A stretch of 56,253 bases of DNA from Chiloscyllium plagiosum (taxonomy: Eukaryota): contig NC_057718.1 in assembly GCF_004010195.1 (NCBI RefSeq), positions 92,148,541-92,204,793 of the forward strand, in the 5' to 3' direction. The notes under the pieces were generated by a model. The model saw only the letters and a list, made by a program, of their open reading frames with translations. It made no database searches and was not told where the DNA came from. Below, piece by piece: positions 37,285 to 49,833 of this stretch (positions are counted from its first letter, which is position 1; each line of letters opens with the position of its first letter). Both the position numbers and the translations under genes were made by a program.

Positions 37285-39310
37285 ACATCTGCCTTAAATC
37301 TCTTGCTTATTAAAATTGTCAGACTTGAATGGACTTAACAACCCAGTCTTAACTGCCCTCTGTAGTAAAGAATTCCACAGATTCACTACCCTCTAAGACA
37401 AAAAATTCTCATCTCTGTCTTAAATGGGCATTTGCTTACTCTGACATTATGCCTTCTGGTCCTAGACTCTCCCTAAAAGGGAAACAACATTTCAGCATCT
37501 ACTCTGTCAAAGCCCCTAAAAATCTCATATGCTTCAATGTGGTCACCTCTTGTTTATCTAAACTCCAATGAGTACAGACCCATCCTACTCAATGTCTCCT
37601 CATAAAACAGTCCCTCCATTACAGGGAATCAACACAATGTGTGTTCTCTAGACTACCACCAAAGCCAGTACATTCTTCCTTATATAAAAAGACTAGAGAT
37701 GTCCACAGTATTCCAGTTGAGGTCTGACTAGTTCCTTGTATAGATTTAGCAAGGCCGCCCTATTATATTTCATTTCCCTTATAATAAAGGCCAACATTGC
37801 ATTGGCCCTCCCTATTAACTGCTGAACTTGTATGCTAGCTTTATTTCATTTATGTAGGAGGACTCCCAAATCCATCTTTTCTGTAGCTATCTAGCTCTAC
37901 TTTTCATGACAAAGTGCAGATGCTCACATATTATTCCATCTGACAAGATTTTTACACTTGCTGAAACTATCTATATCACTCTGTAGACATTCTGTGTCAT
38001 CATCACAACTTTCCTTCCCACCTACATTTTTGTTATCTGCAAACTTGGTGAGAGTGCATTCACTTTCCTAATCTAAGTCATTAATATGTTTTGTCAATAA
38101 TTGTGTCCCCAGCACTGATCTCCCTGGCATTTTATGAGTCACTAATTTACTAAAAATGCTGGCCTTCATAACAAGAGGAATTGAGCATAGAAGCAAAGAG
38201 GTCCTTCTGCAGCTGTACGGGGCCCTGGTGAGACCGCACCTAGAATATTGTGCGTAGTTTTGGTCTCCAAATTTGAGGAAAGACATTCTGGCTATTGATG
38301 GAGTGCAGCGTAGGTTCACAAGGTCAATTCCCGGAATGGCAGGACTATCTTACGCTGAAAGATTGGAGTGACTGGGCTTGTGTACGCTTGAGTTTAGAAG
38401 GCTGAGAGGGGATCTGATTGAGACAAGATTATTAAAGGATTCGGCAATCTGGAGGCAGGAAGCATGCTTCCGCTGATGGGTGAGTCCTGAACCAAAGGAC
38501 ACAGTTTAAAAATAAGGGGTAGGTCACTTAGAACAGAGTTGAGGAGAAACTTCTTCACCCAGAGAGTGGTGGGTGTATGGAATGCTCTGCCCCAGAAGGC
38601 TGTGGAGGCCAAGTCTCTGGATACTTTCAAGAAAGAGTAGAAAAGGGCTCTTAAGGATAGTGGAATCAAGGGTTATGGGGATAAGGCAGGAACAGGATAC
38701 TGATTGAGGATGATCAGCCATGATCATAATGAATGGTGGTGCTGGCTCGAAGGGCAGAATGGCCTACTCCTGCACCTATTGTCTATTGTCAATTGTCTAT
38801 TATCCCAATACTCTTGTCTTTTATTAGTTAGCCAATCCTCTATCCATGCTGACATAACACCTCCAACACTGTGGGGTCTTATCTTATTAAATAGCCTTCC
38901 ATGCTGTATATTACAAGTGCCGTTTGGAAGTTCAAATATATTACATCCACCGCTTCCCTTTTATCTGTCCTGCTTGCTACCTCCACAGAAAATTCCAATA
39001 AGTTTGTCAGGTATGATTAACCCTTCATAAAGTCATGATAACTTTGCTTGATCATATTATGTATTCCTCAATGTCCTGTTATTTCATTCTTTATATTAAA
39101 CTAACATTTTCCCAGTAATAGATGTTAAGATAATTGGCCTATTGTTATCTGTTTCTTGACTCTTTATTTTCAAATAAAGATGTTACTTTGGTAGTTTTCC
39201 AATCCTTTCCAGAATCTAAGGATGGATATAAGATTATGGCCAGTGCATCCACTACCTCTGTATCTATTTCATTCAATATCCAAAGATGCATCCCATCAAA
39301 TCCAGGCTTA
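37285..39310 (-). mobile_element. Old CR1 LINE (RT region) interrupted by a younger CR1
   Basis: Antisense 'tgttatctgcaaacttgg' (KFADN) near 38030-38048; upstream RT region continues after about 38800. Confidence 0.8.
38152..38800 (+). mobile_element. Younger CR1 LINE 3' end
   Basis: 'ctggtgagaccgcacctagaatattgtgcg..gagaaacttcttcacccagagagtgg'; (ctattgt)n tail. Confidence 0.9.
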
Positions 39311-39390
39311 GGCTTTTTCCATGAGTATTCAGCATCAACACAACCTCATTCAAAAAAAGATATTAGTTGCTGTTATTCTGATTTAAAACT

Positions 39391-39675
39391 TCTTTCACAG
39401 GATGAGGGCATCGCTGGGTAGGCCATCTAGGCCCACAGGACCTGCATTGCTGTGGACCTGGATCTTATGTAGGCCAGACCAGGTAAAGAAGGCAGGTCTC
39501 TTCCCACAAGGACACTAGTGAATCAGATTAGTTTGTCCCCTACAACTGACAAAGTTTTAACGGTCATCATTAGACTCTTAATTCCAGAATGCAGGATTTG
39601 AACCTGGGTCCCCAGAACATTACCTGGATCTCTGCATTGACAGTCCAGCAATACTACCAGTAGACCATCACCTCC
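39391..39675 (-). mobile_element. MetaSINE-like SINE
   Basis: Antisense central domain 'atgtaggccagaccaggtaa..ggcag' and head 'gatttgaacctgggtcccc..taccagtagaccatcacctcc'. Confidence 0.75.
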
Positions 39676-39817
39676 TCTCCTGCTAGATTTTGGTCTTGGG
39701 AAAGACTGGAACTCTGGGAAGGAAGAGGAACATTAATCCTGGTAGGAGATGGGGTGATAGTTGAATTTTTTAAAACATTTTTGAACTTTGTTGTTAGTCA
39801 TTACTTTGAATAAGAAC

Positions 39818-39900
39818 TTGCATTTATATGGATGTCCCAAAGTGCTTTACGGCAGATGAAATACCTTTTTGAAGTATAATCCCTGCTGTAATATAGGAAC
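39818..39900 (-). mobile_element. DeuSINE 3' tail fragment
   Basis: 'gatgtcccaaagtgctttac..gaaatacctttttgaagtataatc..gtaatataggaa'. Confidence 0.55.
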
Positions 39901-42851
39901 ATTAAATTAGTATTGATGTGTGAACTTGCAGTTTCATCATCAATTTACTTTTAACTTGTTTGTGATGCTTCATTTTTTGCCAGAGCTTACATCTGAATGA
40001 AAAGTTTGAAATGGTATAATTGCTTGGAACTCTGAATGAAGTAGCCCACTTCCAAATAACTGGCCAACAAGTATGGCAGAGCCATTGGCAGACATGCTAC
40101 GGGAAGTTTCTACCACAGCTGAAATAGTCATTGGCGGGTTTGAATTCACCAGAGAGATGGATGAGCATACAAGTTTCCCTGAGCTTGTCATTAATAGTAG
40201 TAGTAAGTAGGACTAGCACTAGGACAGCAATTTGTACTTTTGTAATTTATATGCCATTTTTTGAAAAAAAATCATTGCTGGGAATAAATTGGTCTGGAGC
40301 ATGCTTTGGCTGCACTTTGCTTCAGCTTATTGATTCAGCCACTTTGATCACACACAAACTAATCAATTCTGCAGTGGATAGACAGCGTAGCATAATTTCC
40401 ACCAAACTCTTCAAATGACTTGTCATTAATTTGCCTCTTTGCTTGCACTTGTTGGCAGAGTGCAAGATGCAGTTGGCTTCCTCCATCTATTAGCAGGGTT
40501 GTGCTCTTGGGAATTTGGTGGGTTGGAGGGATGTATACACTGTGTTTGCTCATCCTTACAGACTTACTTATTACCGCTAATTGGGAGGGACAGTTCAAAC
40601 AGGCGCAGAGGAGCAGTTGTCACACAAGCGTGACATGGGTTTAAAGAAGCAGTTGGAACTGGCTGTGCTGCCTTGTCCAAACCCCTCCTCTCCCACTGCA
40701 ACCTGGCTGGAAGCCGAGCCCACATCCTGCTCAAATTGGCCACTTTGATAAGGAAACCTATTAACAAGCAGGCAAACTAGAAAGTCAGAGAAAAGCAAAT
40801 TAACTGAGAAACCTGCAAACTGACTTACAGTTGTCTGAAATTGTACTGGATTGGCCAGTGCTCAACAGCTGACAGAAAATGTGGGGCCCTAAAAAGTATT
40901 TCATACCAAATATTTTAAGGTTTTACTGTAAGAATTTACTTGGTAGTGTTGCAACTCTTTCTTCAATAGTTTTAGATCAAAGCTGTTATTTAACAAAAGT
41001 TTTAATCGCGGTAGCATCAGTTCAACTGCAGGCTAAAAATCACCATGGCGATCTGTGAAGTTTGTGAAATGGGAAGTGAGCATTTGTTTGATGAGCTGTT
41101 ATCATGTGGAAGATAGCACAGCCAGAAACGTGGGTGATATTGTATAGTCTACTTCCAACAACATGGTGATATATATAATATATATGTGTTGTCCTGCAAC
41201 AAATGTAAGTCCATCACACTGATGGAGCCATGTGCAAAACTGTTAAAAATATATGTTATATTTATTCTAACCTGGAAATTTTTGCTTCTTGCTGGTGGTG
41301 CCTGTCCAGTATTTTCAAGTAGGTGCTACTCTACAGAAGGCACCTTGAGCAACTAGGCTTGACATGAGTTCAAGATGTGTTATTTAAAACCACTTCTTCA
41401 CGGAGAGTACCTAAAAAAGGTAAAGGCCACTCTAAACACAGCTCTATTTTAGCAGGTGAACAGCATAACTATTTGAAGCTGCCGAATTTCCCCATATGAG
41501 TAACTAAGATTAAATAGATTACTGAATGTGAAGAAAGCACTTGATCCAATAAGTGCACTCCTTCCTCATTCTACCACATCATGGTTTCAAGCCAATCTGT
41601 TTATTATTCTTGAGGAAGTATTTTATAAGTAGTTACAATGAATAATTAATGAACGCCAAATGTATCCTGCTCAACAGTACCAATCTTGCAAAGCTTCAAC
41701 CAAACAAGCCGGCATAAATATATGTCAGAAACCTATTTTCTGGTCTGTATTCTTGCTTGTAAACATGTTTGAGTTGGCAGCAGCCACTGAAGTGGCATTT
41801 GGCCACCCATCACCTTGTGCCTTTTTGCAGAGTCTCAGGAGAGTTCCTGTGTAAGTCAACACAACCATCAAGGAGCAGATGAGAATCACAAGAAAATGGA
41901 AGTAGGATCCTTTTAAAAGAGATGAGACAGACCAACGGAGAAATCAGTGCCAATTGTAGTTTGGTAGGTCTTTAAATTAAAATTAAAATGATAAAGGGAC
42001 TTGCAATTATATGGTGACTTTCATGTCCAAAGAAAGTCCTAAAACACAATATGATCAATTAATTACTTATAAAGTGTTTTCACTCCTGTTTTACTGGCAA
42101 AGAATCACTTGCATTTCTTTCCTATCATCTCAGTCCTTTGGGCACCCTGAGTAGCACTTTGCGTTCAGAGAAAGCTGTATAAAAATCCTAAACTGCTGTC
42201 ACCTTGGGTGGTGTGAATATATTAACCTGTTCCTTTTCTCACCAGTTGATCTGTTTCTTTATTCCACTCCCTGCCAAAATTTCCACGCCCCCATTCCTTT
42301 GAAAATGGTGAATGCTGAGGCACAATTCCATGTGTGACCACTTCCCTTACCCTTTTCCAAAGCTGCAAGTGTCGAGAGTGACCATTATTCTGTCCAACTA
42401 TGGCAGATGTTGCAATTGAATCTGCTCATGCTCACTTCTGACAACCACAAATTCATTTTCTAGCAGGGGTTTCTGGGGTAACAGACAAGATTGGGAAGTC
42501 TGTGAGATTTGATTTGATTCGATTTATTATTGTCACATGTACCTAGGTACAGTGAAATGTTTTGTTTTGCGATTTGTATATGCAGATCATAACATGCAAA
42601 AAACATAGAGTGACAGAAAAGAGAGAGAAATACCAAGTTACCCAGCTGCAATAAAGGTGCACAAAAAACAAGATCCACAGTGGATTGGAAATTTCAGAGA
42701 TACATTCAGAAGTCTAACAACAACTTGGAAGAGACTGGTCTTGAACCTGTTGGTGCGTATTCAAGCTTTTGTATCTTCTGCCTTATGGAAGAGATTGGAA
42801 GAGATTATAACGGGATTGGGGGGGTCTTTGTGATGTTGACAAGTTTTCCGA

Positions 42852-43478
42852 ATCATAGAGTCATCGAGATGTACAGCACAGAAACATAGCTCCAACTCGT
42901 GCATGCCGACCAGATATCCTAAATTAATTTAGTCCCATTTGCCAGCACTTGGCCCATATCCATCTGACGCCTTTTAATCATATTCCCATCCAGATGTTGT
43001 AATGTTGTAATTGTACCAGCTTCCACCACGTCCTCTGGCAGCTCATTCCATACATGCGCCACCCTCTGTGTGAAAAAGTTGCCCCTTAGGTCCCTTTTAA
43101 ATCTTTCCCTTCTCAACCTAAACCTATGTCCTCTAGTTCTGGACTCCCCCATCCCAGGGAAAATACCTTGTTTATTTATCCTATCCATGCTCCTCATGAT
43201 TTTATAAACTTTTATTTGGTCACTCCTCAGCCTCTGACACTCCAGGGAAAATAGCCCCAGCCTACTCAACCTCTCCCTGTAATTCAAACCCCCAACCCAG
43301 GTTCTTTTCAGAACCGTTTCAAGTTTCACCATATCCTTCCTCTAGAATGGAGACCAGAATTGCACACAATATTCGAAAAGTGGGCAAAACAAAGCCTCAA
43401 CATGACCCCCCAACTCTTATGCTCAATGCTTTGACCAATAAAGGAAAGTATACCAAATGCCTTCTTCAATATCTACCT
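42852..43478 (-). mobile_element. CR1 (HER1-type) LINE 3' end
   Basis: ORF 42919..43332(-) 'RGHRFRLRRERFKRDLRGNFFTQRVAHVWNELP'. Confidence 0.92.
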
Positions 43479-43479
43479 T

Positions 43480-44281
43480 TTAGTGAGAAGCCAAAGGATT
43501 GGGAAACCTTCAAAAATCTGCAGAAGATAATTAAAACAGGAATAAAGTGGGGAAAAGATGAATTATGAGAAACTGGAGATCTAGTAATGGGGAACAAAGA
43601 AAGGGCAGAGGAACTGAATAGGCAATTTATATCAGTTGTCACAGTGGAAAACAGCAGCAGCATTACAGAACTTCAAGAGATTCAGGGGATGAGTGCATTG
43701 GCATTGCTAAGGAGAAGGTACTGGGAAAGCTGAAATGTTGATAAATCACCCAGACCAGAATTCTGAAAGAGATAGCTGAGGACATTGTACACGCATTGGG
43801 GCTGACCTTTCAGAAATCACTTGAATCAGTGAGGGTCCCAGAGGATTGGAAAATGGCAAAGATAACACCATATTTAAGTAGGAGGGAGGCAGAAAACAGG
43901 AAACTAGATGCTGGTTAGTCTGACTTTGGTCATTTGTAAGACTTTAAAGTCCATCGTTAAGGGTGAGATTGTGAAGTACTGCGAAGCATGGCAAAATAGG
44001 GCTGAGTCAACTTGGCTTTGTCAAGGAGAGGTCATGCCTGACAAATCTGTTAGAATTCTTTGAGAAGGTAACAAGCTAGTTCGAGAAAGGAGTGGCCGTT
44101 ATCTATTCAGATTTCCAAAAGGCCTCTGACAGGCTGCAGCACATGAGGCTGCTCAATGAGATGAAAGCCCATGCTGCTGGGAGCAAGGTACTAGCATGTT
44201 TAGAGGATTGGCTGACTGGCAGAAGGAAGAGAGCAAAGGAGACTTTGTCAGGGTAGCAACTAGTGGAGTTCCACAGTCAGT
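43480..44281 (+). mobile_element. CR1 LINE internal fragment (same subfamily as 12817-15140)
   Basis: Colinear with about 13281-14190, for example 'gaagccaaaggattgggaa', 'gacaaatctgtt', 'gaggattggctgactg'. Confidence 0.9.
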
Positions 44282-45465
44282 GAGCAGTGTGGATGAAGTC
44301 AATGGAATAAAGGTTGGCTTGTATGATAGACTGGACTGTGTTCACCACTCTAGTTTCTTATGATCCTGGGCATTTGAACACAGTGCGATACCTTCCACAT
44401 CTACTTGGCTCCATTTTGTACTGGCTTCATAGATTCAGCAAGAACTTTTCTTTTAAACAAGTTACTTCAAATAATTTAGAGAAAGAAATAAAAAAAACTG
44501 GGAACCAATTCTGTACAAACTGAAACTTCTCAAACACTGCCATTTTTAAAGGATTGCTGTCTATGGTGGATTGTGTCCCGTCTCTCAGGCGTGGAAACAA
44601 ACCGGATCATTCTAGAATATGCTGAGATTATACAAATGGCCAGTGAGATACCAGAGAGATTAGAAAGAAGCATTGATTGTTGTACAGTTTCTTTTAATAA
44701 AATCATCGAAGGCATCTGTGACTTGTGTTCCTAGCACACAATCATGAAATTCCCAGAGGATGATTTATAACCAAGAAAAATGGATGGTTTCTTCATGCCA
44801 AATGCGAAAGGGTTTGGAGGAGTGGGGATTGTTAATCACATTTTGATGAAATGTCATTAACACGCGTGAAGGAGGTACATTTAAATTTATAGATTCCCTT
44901 CGTGTCATTCATCACCTCAGAAGCATGAGAGTGACACGTCGGGGCAGTGGCATTTACATTCGGATCTCTTGGAAATAAAGCAAAATCTCAATTCAAACTT
45001 CTAGCCACAGGTTTTGTACAGTGCAGATGCAGGCCATTTCCATTTAAAAAAAGCTACTGAAGTCACTTTTTTTTCAGCTACTTTCATCTTTATACATAAA
45101 AATATCAACATATATAAGTAAAGAAAACATGCTTTTCACAGTTCCATGTAGCTGTGTATCAATAATTGTGTGGTCACTTTATTTCCCTCATCCTTGAAAT
45201 TTCCCCTTATTGAACGCATTCTGTAAAAGTCAATGGGCAAAGCCTAATGTCTGTGATTTGAACCCAGTCCTCATTATTTGTGTGAGTGTGCCCAAAGAAT
45301 GTGAGCAGGTTATCTCATTATAGGGGCTGTCCATTCTGTTTATCCCCTTAACATGAGAGGTCAATGGGTGTTTATTTAGGACGAGGACCAACATGTAACC
45401 TAGAGACCTTAAGGGCTACTAAGAGTGAACTTCTTTCAGGTTGGTCTTGATTATCAGTTCCCTTG

Positions 45466-45632
45466 GAGAAAGTGAGGACTGCAGATGCTGGAGATCAGAG
45501 CTGAAAATGTGTTGCTGGAAAAGCGCAGCAGGTCAGGCAGCATCCAAGGAGCAGGAGAATTGACGTTTCGGGCATGATTTCTGAAGAAGGGCTGCCTGAC
45601 CTGCTGCGCTTTTCCAGCCTCACATTTTCAGC
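45466..45632. mobile_element. Palindromic Penelope-pLTR-derived non-autonomous element with 14-bp TSD
   Basis: 43-bp inverted arms at 45499-45541 and 45591-45633; flanked by tatcagttcccttg (45452-45465) and tatcagctcccttg (45633-45646). Confidence 0.85.
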
Positions 45633-45744
45633 TATCAGCTCCCTTGCTCAATTTCAGTTATTTGGGGGGAGTTGGGGGTGGGGTGGTTAGGGGGGTGGGC
45701 AGCGGATAGTATTAAACAGGTTGAAGCCTACTGAAACTGAGTTC

Positions 45745-45845
45745 CAAAGAATCATATCCTACTCAAAACATGAACTCTGTTCCCTTCTCCACAGATGCTG
45801 CTGGACCTGGTGAGTTTCTTCAGTACTCTGTGTTTTTATTTCTGA
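45745..45845 (+). mobile_element. Penelope-pLTR-derived fragment, degenerate
   Basis: 'aaacatgaactctgtt..ctccacagatgctgctggacctggtgagtttc'. Confidence 0.7.
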
Positions 45846-47239
45846 ACGTGTAGTCAGGGACAGGAATTGAGTGACTTCTGTACATAATAGAACAGTGAGG
45901 CCTGTCAGACAGGGAATGGGGTTTACAGGGTGGATTTGGAATGAGGTGGAAACAGCCTCTAAATTTGCAATCGGGGAACGTAAAACAGGCTCGGGAGTGT
46001 GATTTGCAGAGTTGAGTAGAACCGGGTGCCCATTGAAAGATCATCTAGAAAATCCTCACTCACTTGGAATGCTTACCTTCCCTCCTTTCTTCCCCTTTCC
46101 TTCTCTCCCTTACCTTCACCATTCCCCTCCTCAAAAACTAACAGGCAAAATTAGCTATTTTAGCCCAGACTGAATACAAAACCGAGCAGCTTCCTAGTTA
46201 GTTGTTGCGTTGGATCTGTTTATTCATTTACTTGGTCAGTGAAAGCTTTATCAACAGTAAGTTACCTTAAAAGTAGTAGAAAAAATGGAACATCTCGTGG
46301 TTGCTAACAGAGGCATGAGCAAAAAGAAACACAACTAAAGGAAGAAAAATTAGGAATAGTGCAGTGATGTATAAGCCTCATTTCTGTGCCCAAATTCTGG
46401 ATTTGGGGTTGACAAAACCACAATTTTTGACTCAAAAGATAGAATGACACCAGCTGAACTGAGGTGACATTTTGTTTTCGCAATTGTGTCTCCAGTCCTG
46501 TGGGTATAGTATTTTTGCACTGTCCAGTACTGATTGCTGCTACTAACCATGGCTATTTTATCTCCTTAATGATTATCAAATGACAATCGTTACAATCTTA
46601 CCTATAAATTAACAGTGATCCACATGCTCTGGATTGATAAGTGGAAGTTTGTGCAATCTTTTTTTTTAAAAATCAATGTTTTTACTCAACTTTTTTTCTC
46701 TGGTCATCAAAGGGCATTAGGTATTCATTTCTTAAAGCTGTCTTCCTTATCTCTCCCTTGTGTAATTGCACATTATGGATCTTTGCAAGAAGGATGGGAA
46801 TACTGACTGATTTCTCTTTTCATCATTTGGAGACAATAATACCAATTAGAATGTTTCTAGTGTCACTTTTGCAGAGATCAACTAATTTATCACAGAACAC
46901 ATTCAAATTTAGCATCTTCTGTGTTTATAGAGCTCACCGCATTCACAGATAGAGCACAAGCTTTTAAGGGAGAACTGAAGCACTTATTTTAAAATATTTT
47001 ATTTGATAGTGAGCTCTTGCCACTTTCCTTTGGTGCAAGCTGAAAGGAAAAATAAATCTTCTTTACATCAGTTGTTCGTAGTATTGTCACCTGTGTGTCA
47101 CTAGTTTATGGGTCTAAAACATTGGGCTTCAGTGCATAATCAAGACTGGCATTCAACTGCAGTACAGAGTTCTGCACTGTTGGAGGTTTTGTCTTTCAGA
47201 TCTTGTCTTATCACATGGCGTACATTGAAGTAAAGATAA

Positions 47240-48101
47240 TGAAATTATTCCATAGAGGCCGATATCCTGTCACCAAGTCACCCTTTATTTACACAAGGAG
47301 AGTCCTTGACACTGATCCAGATAGCTCAGAGCCAGCTCTCAGTGTGAACATTTCTGTTTTTTTTTAATTTAACCCCCACACTACCGCCTAACTGCGGTAG
47401 TGCTTATTTTTTTCCCCAGCACCCATGGTGTGTGTGTGCAGGTGTGAGACACAGTGAAAGACACAAAGTGCACGAATCTTTATTCAATTTCCACCACCAG
47501 GAAGATAGGAAAACACCCGAGTGGCCAGTGACAAACACTGCCCTTCACATCAAAGGACAGTACTGTGTGATCAAACAGTGAAGGGAGGGTAGGGACTAAA
47601 TCAAAATAGAGTTGGAGGGGGAAATAATGCACTCCACTCCCCGCGGCACCCACCTCTCCCTGAACAGGTCCAGGGTGTTGGTGGACAACGTATGCCCCTT
47701 CTCCAAGGACAGCCGGGCCCTAACGTAACCGCAGAAGAGGGGCAGGCAGTCGGCCCTAACGACTCCCTCCACGGCCCGCTGCCTTGACCTGTTGATGGCC
47801 AGTTTGGCCAGGCCCAGGAGCAGACACACGAGAAGGTCTTCAGACCTGTCCTCCCTCCTCCGTACCGGGTGCCCGAAGATCAGGAGCCTGGGACTGAAGT
47901 GCAACCAAAAGCAGAGGAGGAGGTTTTTCAGAAAATCAAAAAGGGAGTGCAAACGGCCACACCCAATATATACGTGGTCCACGGAAACACTTCTGTTTAT
48001 ATCTGTCAGTCAGAGCTTCCTAACTAGACCAGATTAACAGCCCCAATCAGGAATTCATACTCTATGTGGTCCATCTGGCTGACCCCATTACAATCGTTAC
48101 T
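47240..48101 (-). mobile_element. Short solo LTR (about 230 bp), split by a Tx1 insertion
   Basis: Minus strand ends '..aatttCA' (47240), with AATAAA at 47284-47289 and TATA-like 'gatataaacag' near 47993-48003; the 5' TG is not preserved. Confidence 0.55.
47357..47986 (-). mobile_element. Tx1-clade non-LTR retrotransposon, 5'-truncated, young
   Basis: Uninterrupted ORF 47596..47982(-) 'HVYIGCGRL..LLIFGHPV..LLLGLAKLAI..R' resembles the Tx1 ORF2 C-terminus; poly(A) tail; TSD-like aca(t/c)ttctgttt on both sides; CpG-rich. Confidence 0.85.
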
Positions 48102-49660
48102 TAATCTATTCATCTCTATCTTAAAAATATTCAATGATCCGACTTTCACTGCCTTCTGAGGCAGAGAGTTCCTAAATCATAGAACTCTCTGAGAGAAAAA
48201 ATATTCTCTTTATCTCTTTTCTGAAAGAGCAATCTCTAATTTTAAGCTAGGTTACCACCTCCCCCCCCCCCCCCCCCCCAAGTTCTGGACTGGTTCACGA
48301 GAAGAAATATCCTTTCCATGTCTGTCTTGTCAAGATTATTCAGGGTCTTATACACTTCAATCAAGTAACCCTCATTGTTCTAAACATCAATGGAAAAAAG
48401 TTCAGTCTGTCCAACCTCTCCTCCTAGGACAACAGATATCAATCCAGTAACCCTACTCTGAATGGCCTTCAGTAGATTTATATCCTTAATTAAACAAAGA
48501 AAATTTACAGCACAGGAACAGACCCTTCGGCCCGCCAAGCCTGAGCCGATCCAAATGTACTATCGAAACCTGTCGCCCAATTTCTAAGCATCTGTATCCC
48601 TCTACTCCCCACCTACTCATGCATTTGTCCAGATGCATCTTAAATGCATCTACCATGCCTGCCTCTACCACCTCTGCTGGCAATGCGTTCCAAACGGCCA
48701 CCACCCTCTGTGTGAAGTACTTGCCTCGTGTATCCCCCTTAAACTTTCCACCTCTCACCTTGAAAGCGTGACCTCTCGTTATTGAATCCTTCACCCTGGG
48801 AAAAAGCTTGTCTCTATCCACCCTGTCTATACCCTTCATGATTTTATAAACCTCAGTCAGGTGCTCCCCTCAATCTCCTTTTTTCTAATGAAATTAAATC
48901 TAACCTACTCAACTTTTCTTCATAGGTAGCACCTTCCATACCAGGCAACATCCTCGTAAACCTTCTCTGCACCCCCTCCAAAGTGTCGACACCCTTTTGA
49001 TAATGTGGCGACCAGAACTGTACACAGTATTCTAAATGCGGCCGAACCAATGTCTTGTACAATGTTAACATGACTTGCCAGCTCTTATACTCAATACCCC
49101 ATCCAATGAAGGCAAGTATACTATGTGCCTTCTTGACCACTCTATCCACTTGTGCAGCAACCTTCAAGGTACAATGGACCTGCACTCCCAGATCTCTCTG
49201 CCCATCAACTTTTCCCAAGGCTCTTCCGTTCATTGTATAATTCGCTCTAGAATTATTCTTGCCTAAATGCATCACCTCACATTTGTCTGGATTGAAAACC
49301 ATCTGCCACTTTTCCACCCAACTCTCCAGTCTATCTATATCCTCCTGTATTCTCTGACAGTCCCTTATGCTTTCTGCTACTCCACCAATCTTCCTGTCAT
49401 CTGCAAACTTGCTGATCATACCAACAGTGCCCTCTTTCAGATCATTTATGTATATTACAAACAACAGTGGCCCCAACACTGACCACTGGTCACCTTTCTC
49501 CATTTCGACAAGGAGATCCAAACTGTACGTGGTATTTGATGTGTGATTTCACCATAGCCCCCATAACTGAAGCATAACATCTTACTTTGATATTCAAATT
49601 CTCTTTTATTAAAGGATAGAATCCCTTTAACCTTCTTGATTATATGCTGTACCTGCAAAC
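48102..49660 (-). mobile_element. Old CR1 fragment (48102-48490 and 49486-49660) hosting a younger CR1
   Basis: ORF 49455..49658(-) 'QVQHIIKKVKGILSF..REFEYQSK'. Confidence 0.7.
48491..49485 (-). mobile_element. Young CR1 LINE, RT C-terminal half and 3' UTR
   Basis: ORF 48853..49521(-) 'SVLGPLLFVIYINDL..ISKFADD..LVRPHLEYCVQFWSPHY', continued after a frameshift by 48486..48839(-). Confidence 0.95.
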
Positions 49661-49833
49661 TAGTGTTGTATGTGTGTGTATGGGGCGGGGGGTGGGGAGC
49701 TCAGATGGATGTGTGTGACTGTGCAAATGGTGTTCTATTATCTAGTCTTTCTTAACTTAGGGAAAAAAACAAAGTTTGAATAAACTCATCGTGTCCTTTT
49801 GTTTAATCTCAGGAAACTTATCTGAATAAACTC

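Larger units (their letters stand above)
42506..44395 (-). mobile_element. Rex1/Babar-like LINE 3' end (42506-42851 and 44282-44395), split by two CR1 pieces
   Basis: (gattt)n tail plus 'ttattattgtcacatgtacc..tacagtgaaa'; clade assigned from recalled tail structure. Confidence 0.5.

Noticed and set aside
42852..44281. Head-to-head CR1 pieces resembling a twin-priming 5' inversion
   Set aside because: The + strand piece matches the subfamily at 12817-15140, whose 3' UTR differs from that of the - strand piece, so independent insertions are more likely
48853..49521. Longest clean ORF (222 aa) as a host gene
   Set aside because: It is CR1 reverse transcriptase, 5'-truncated and frameshifted
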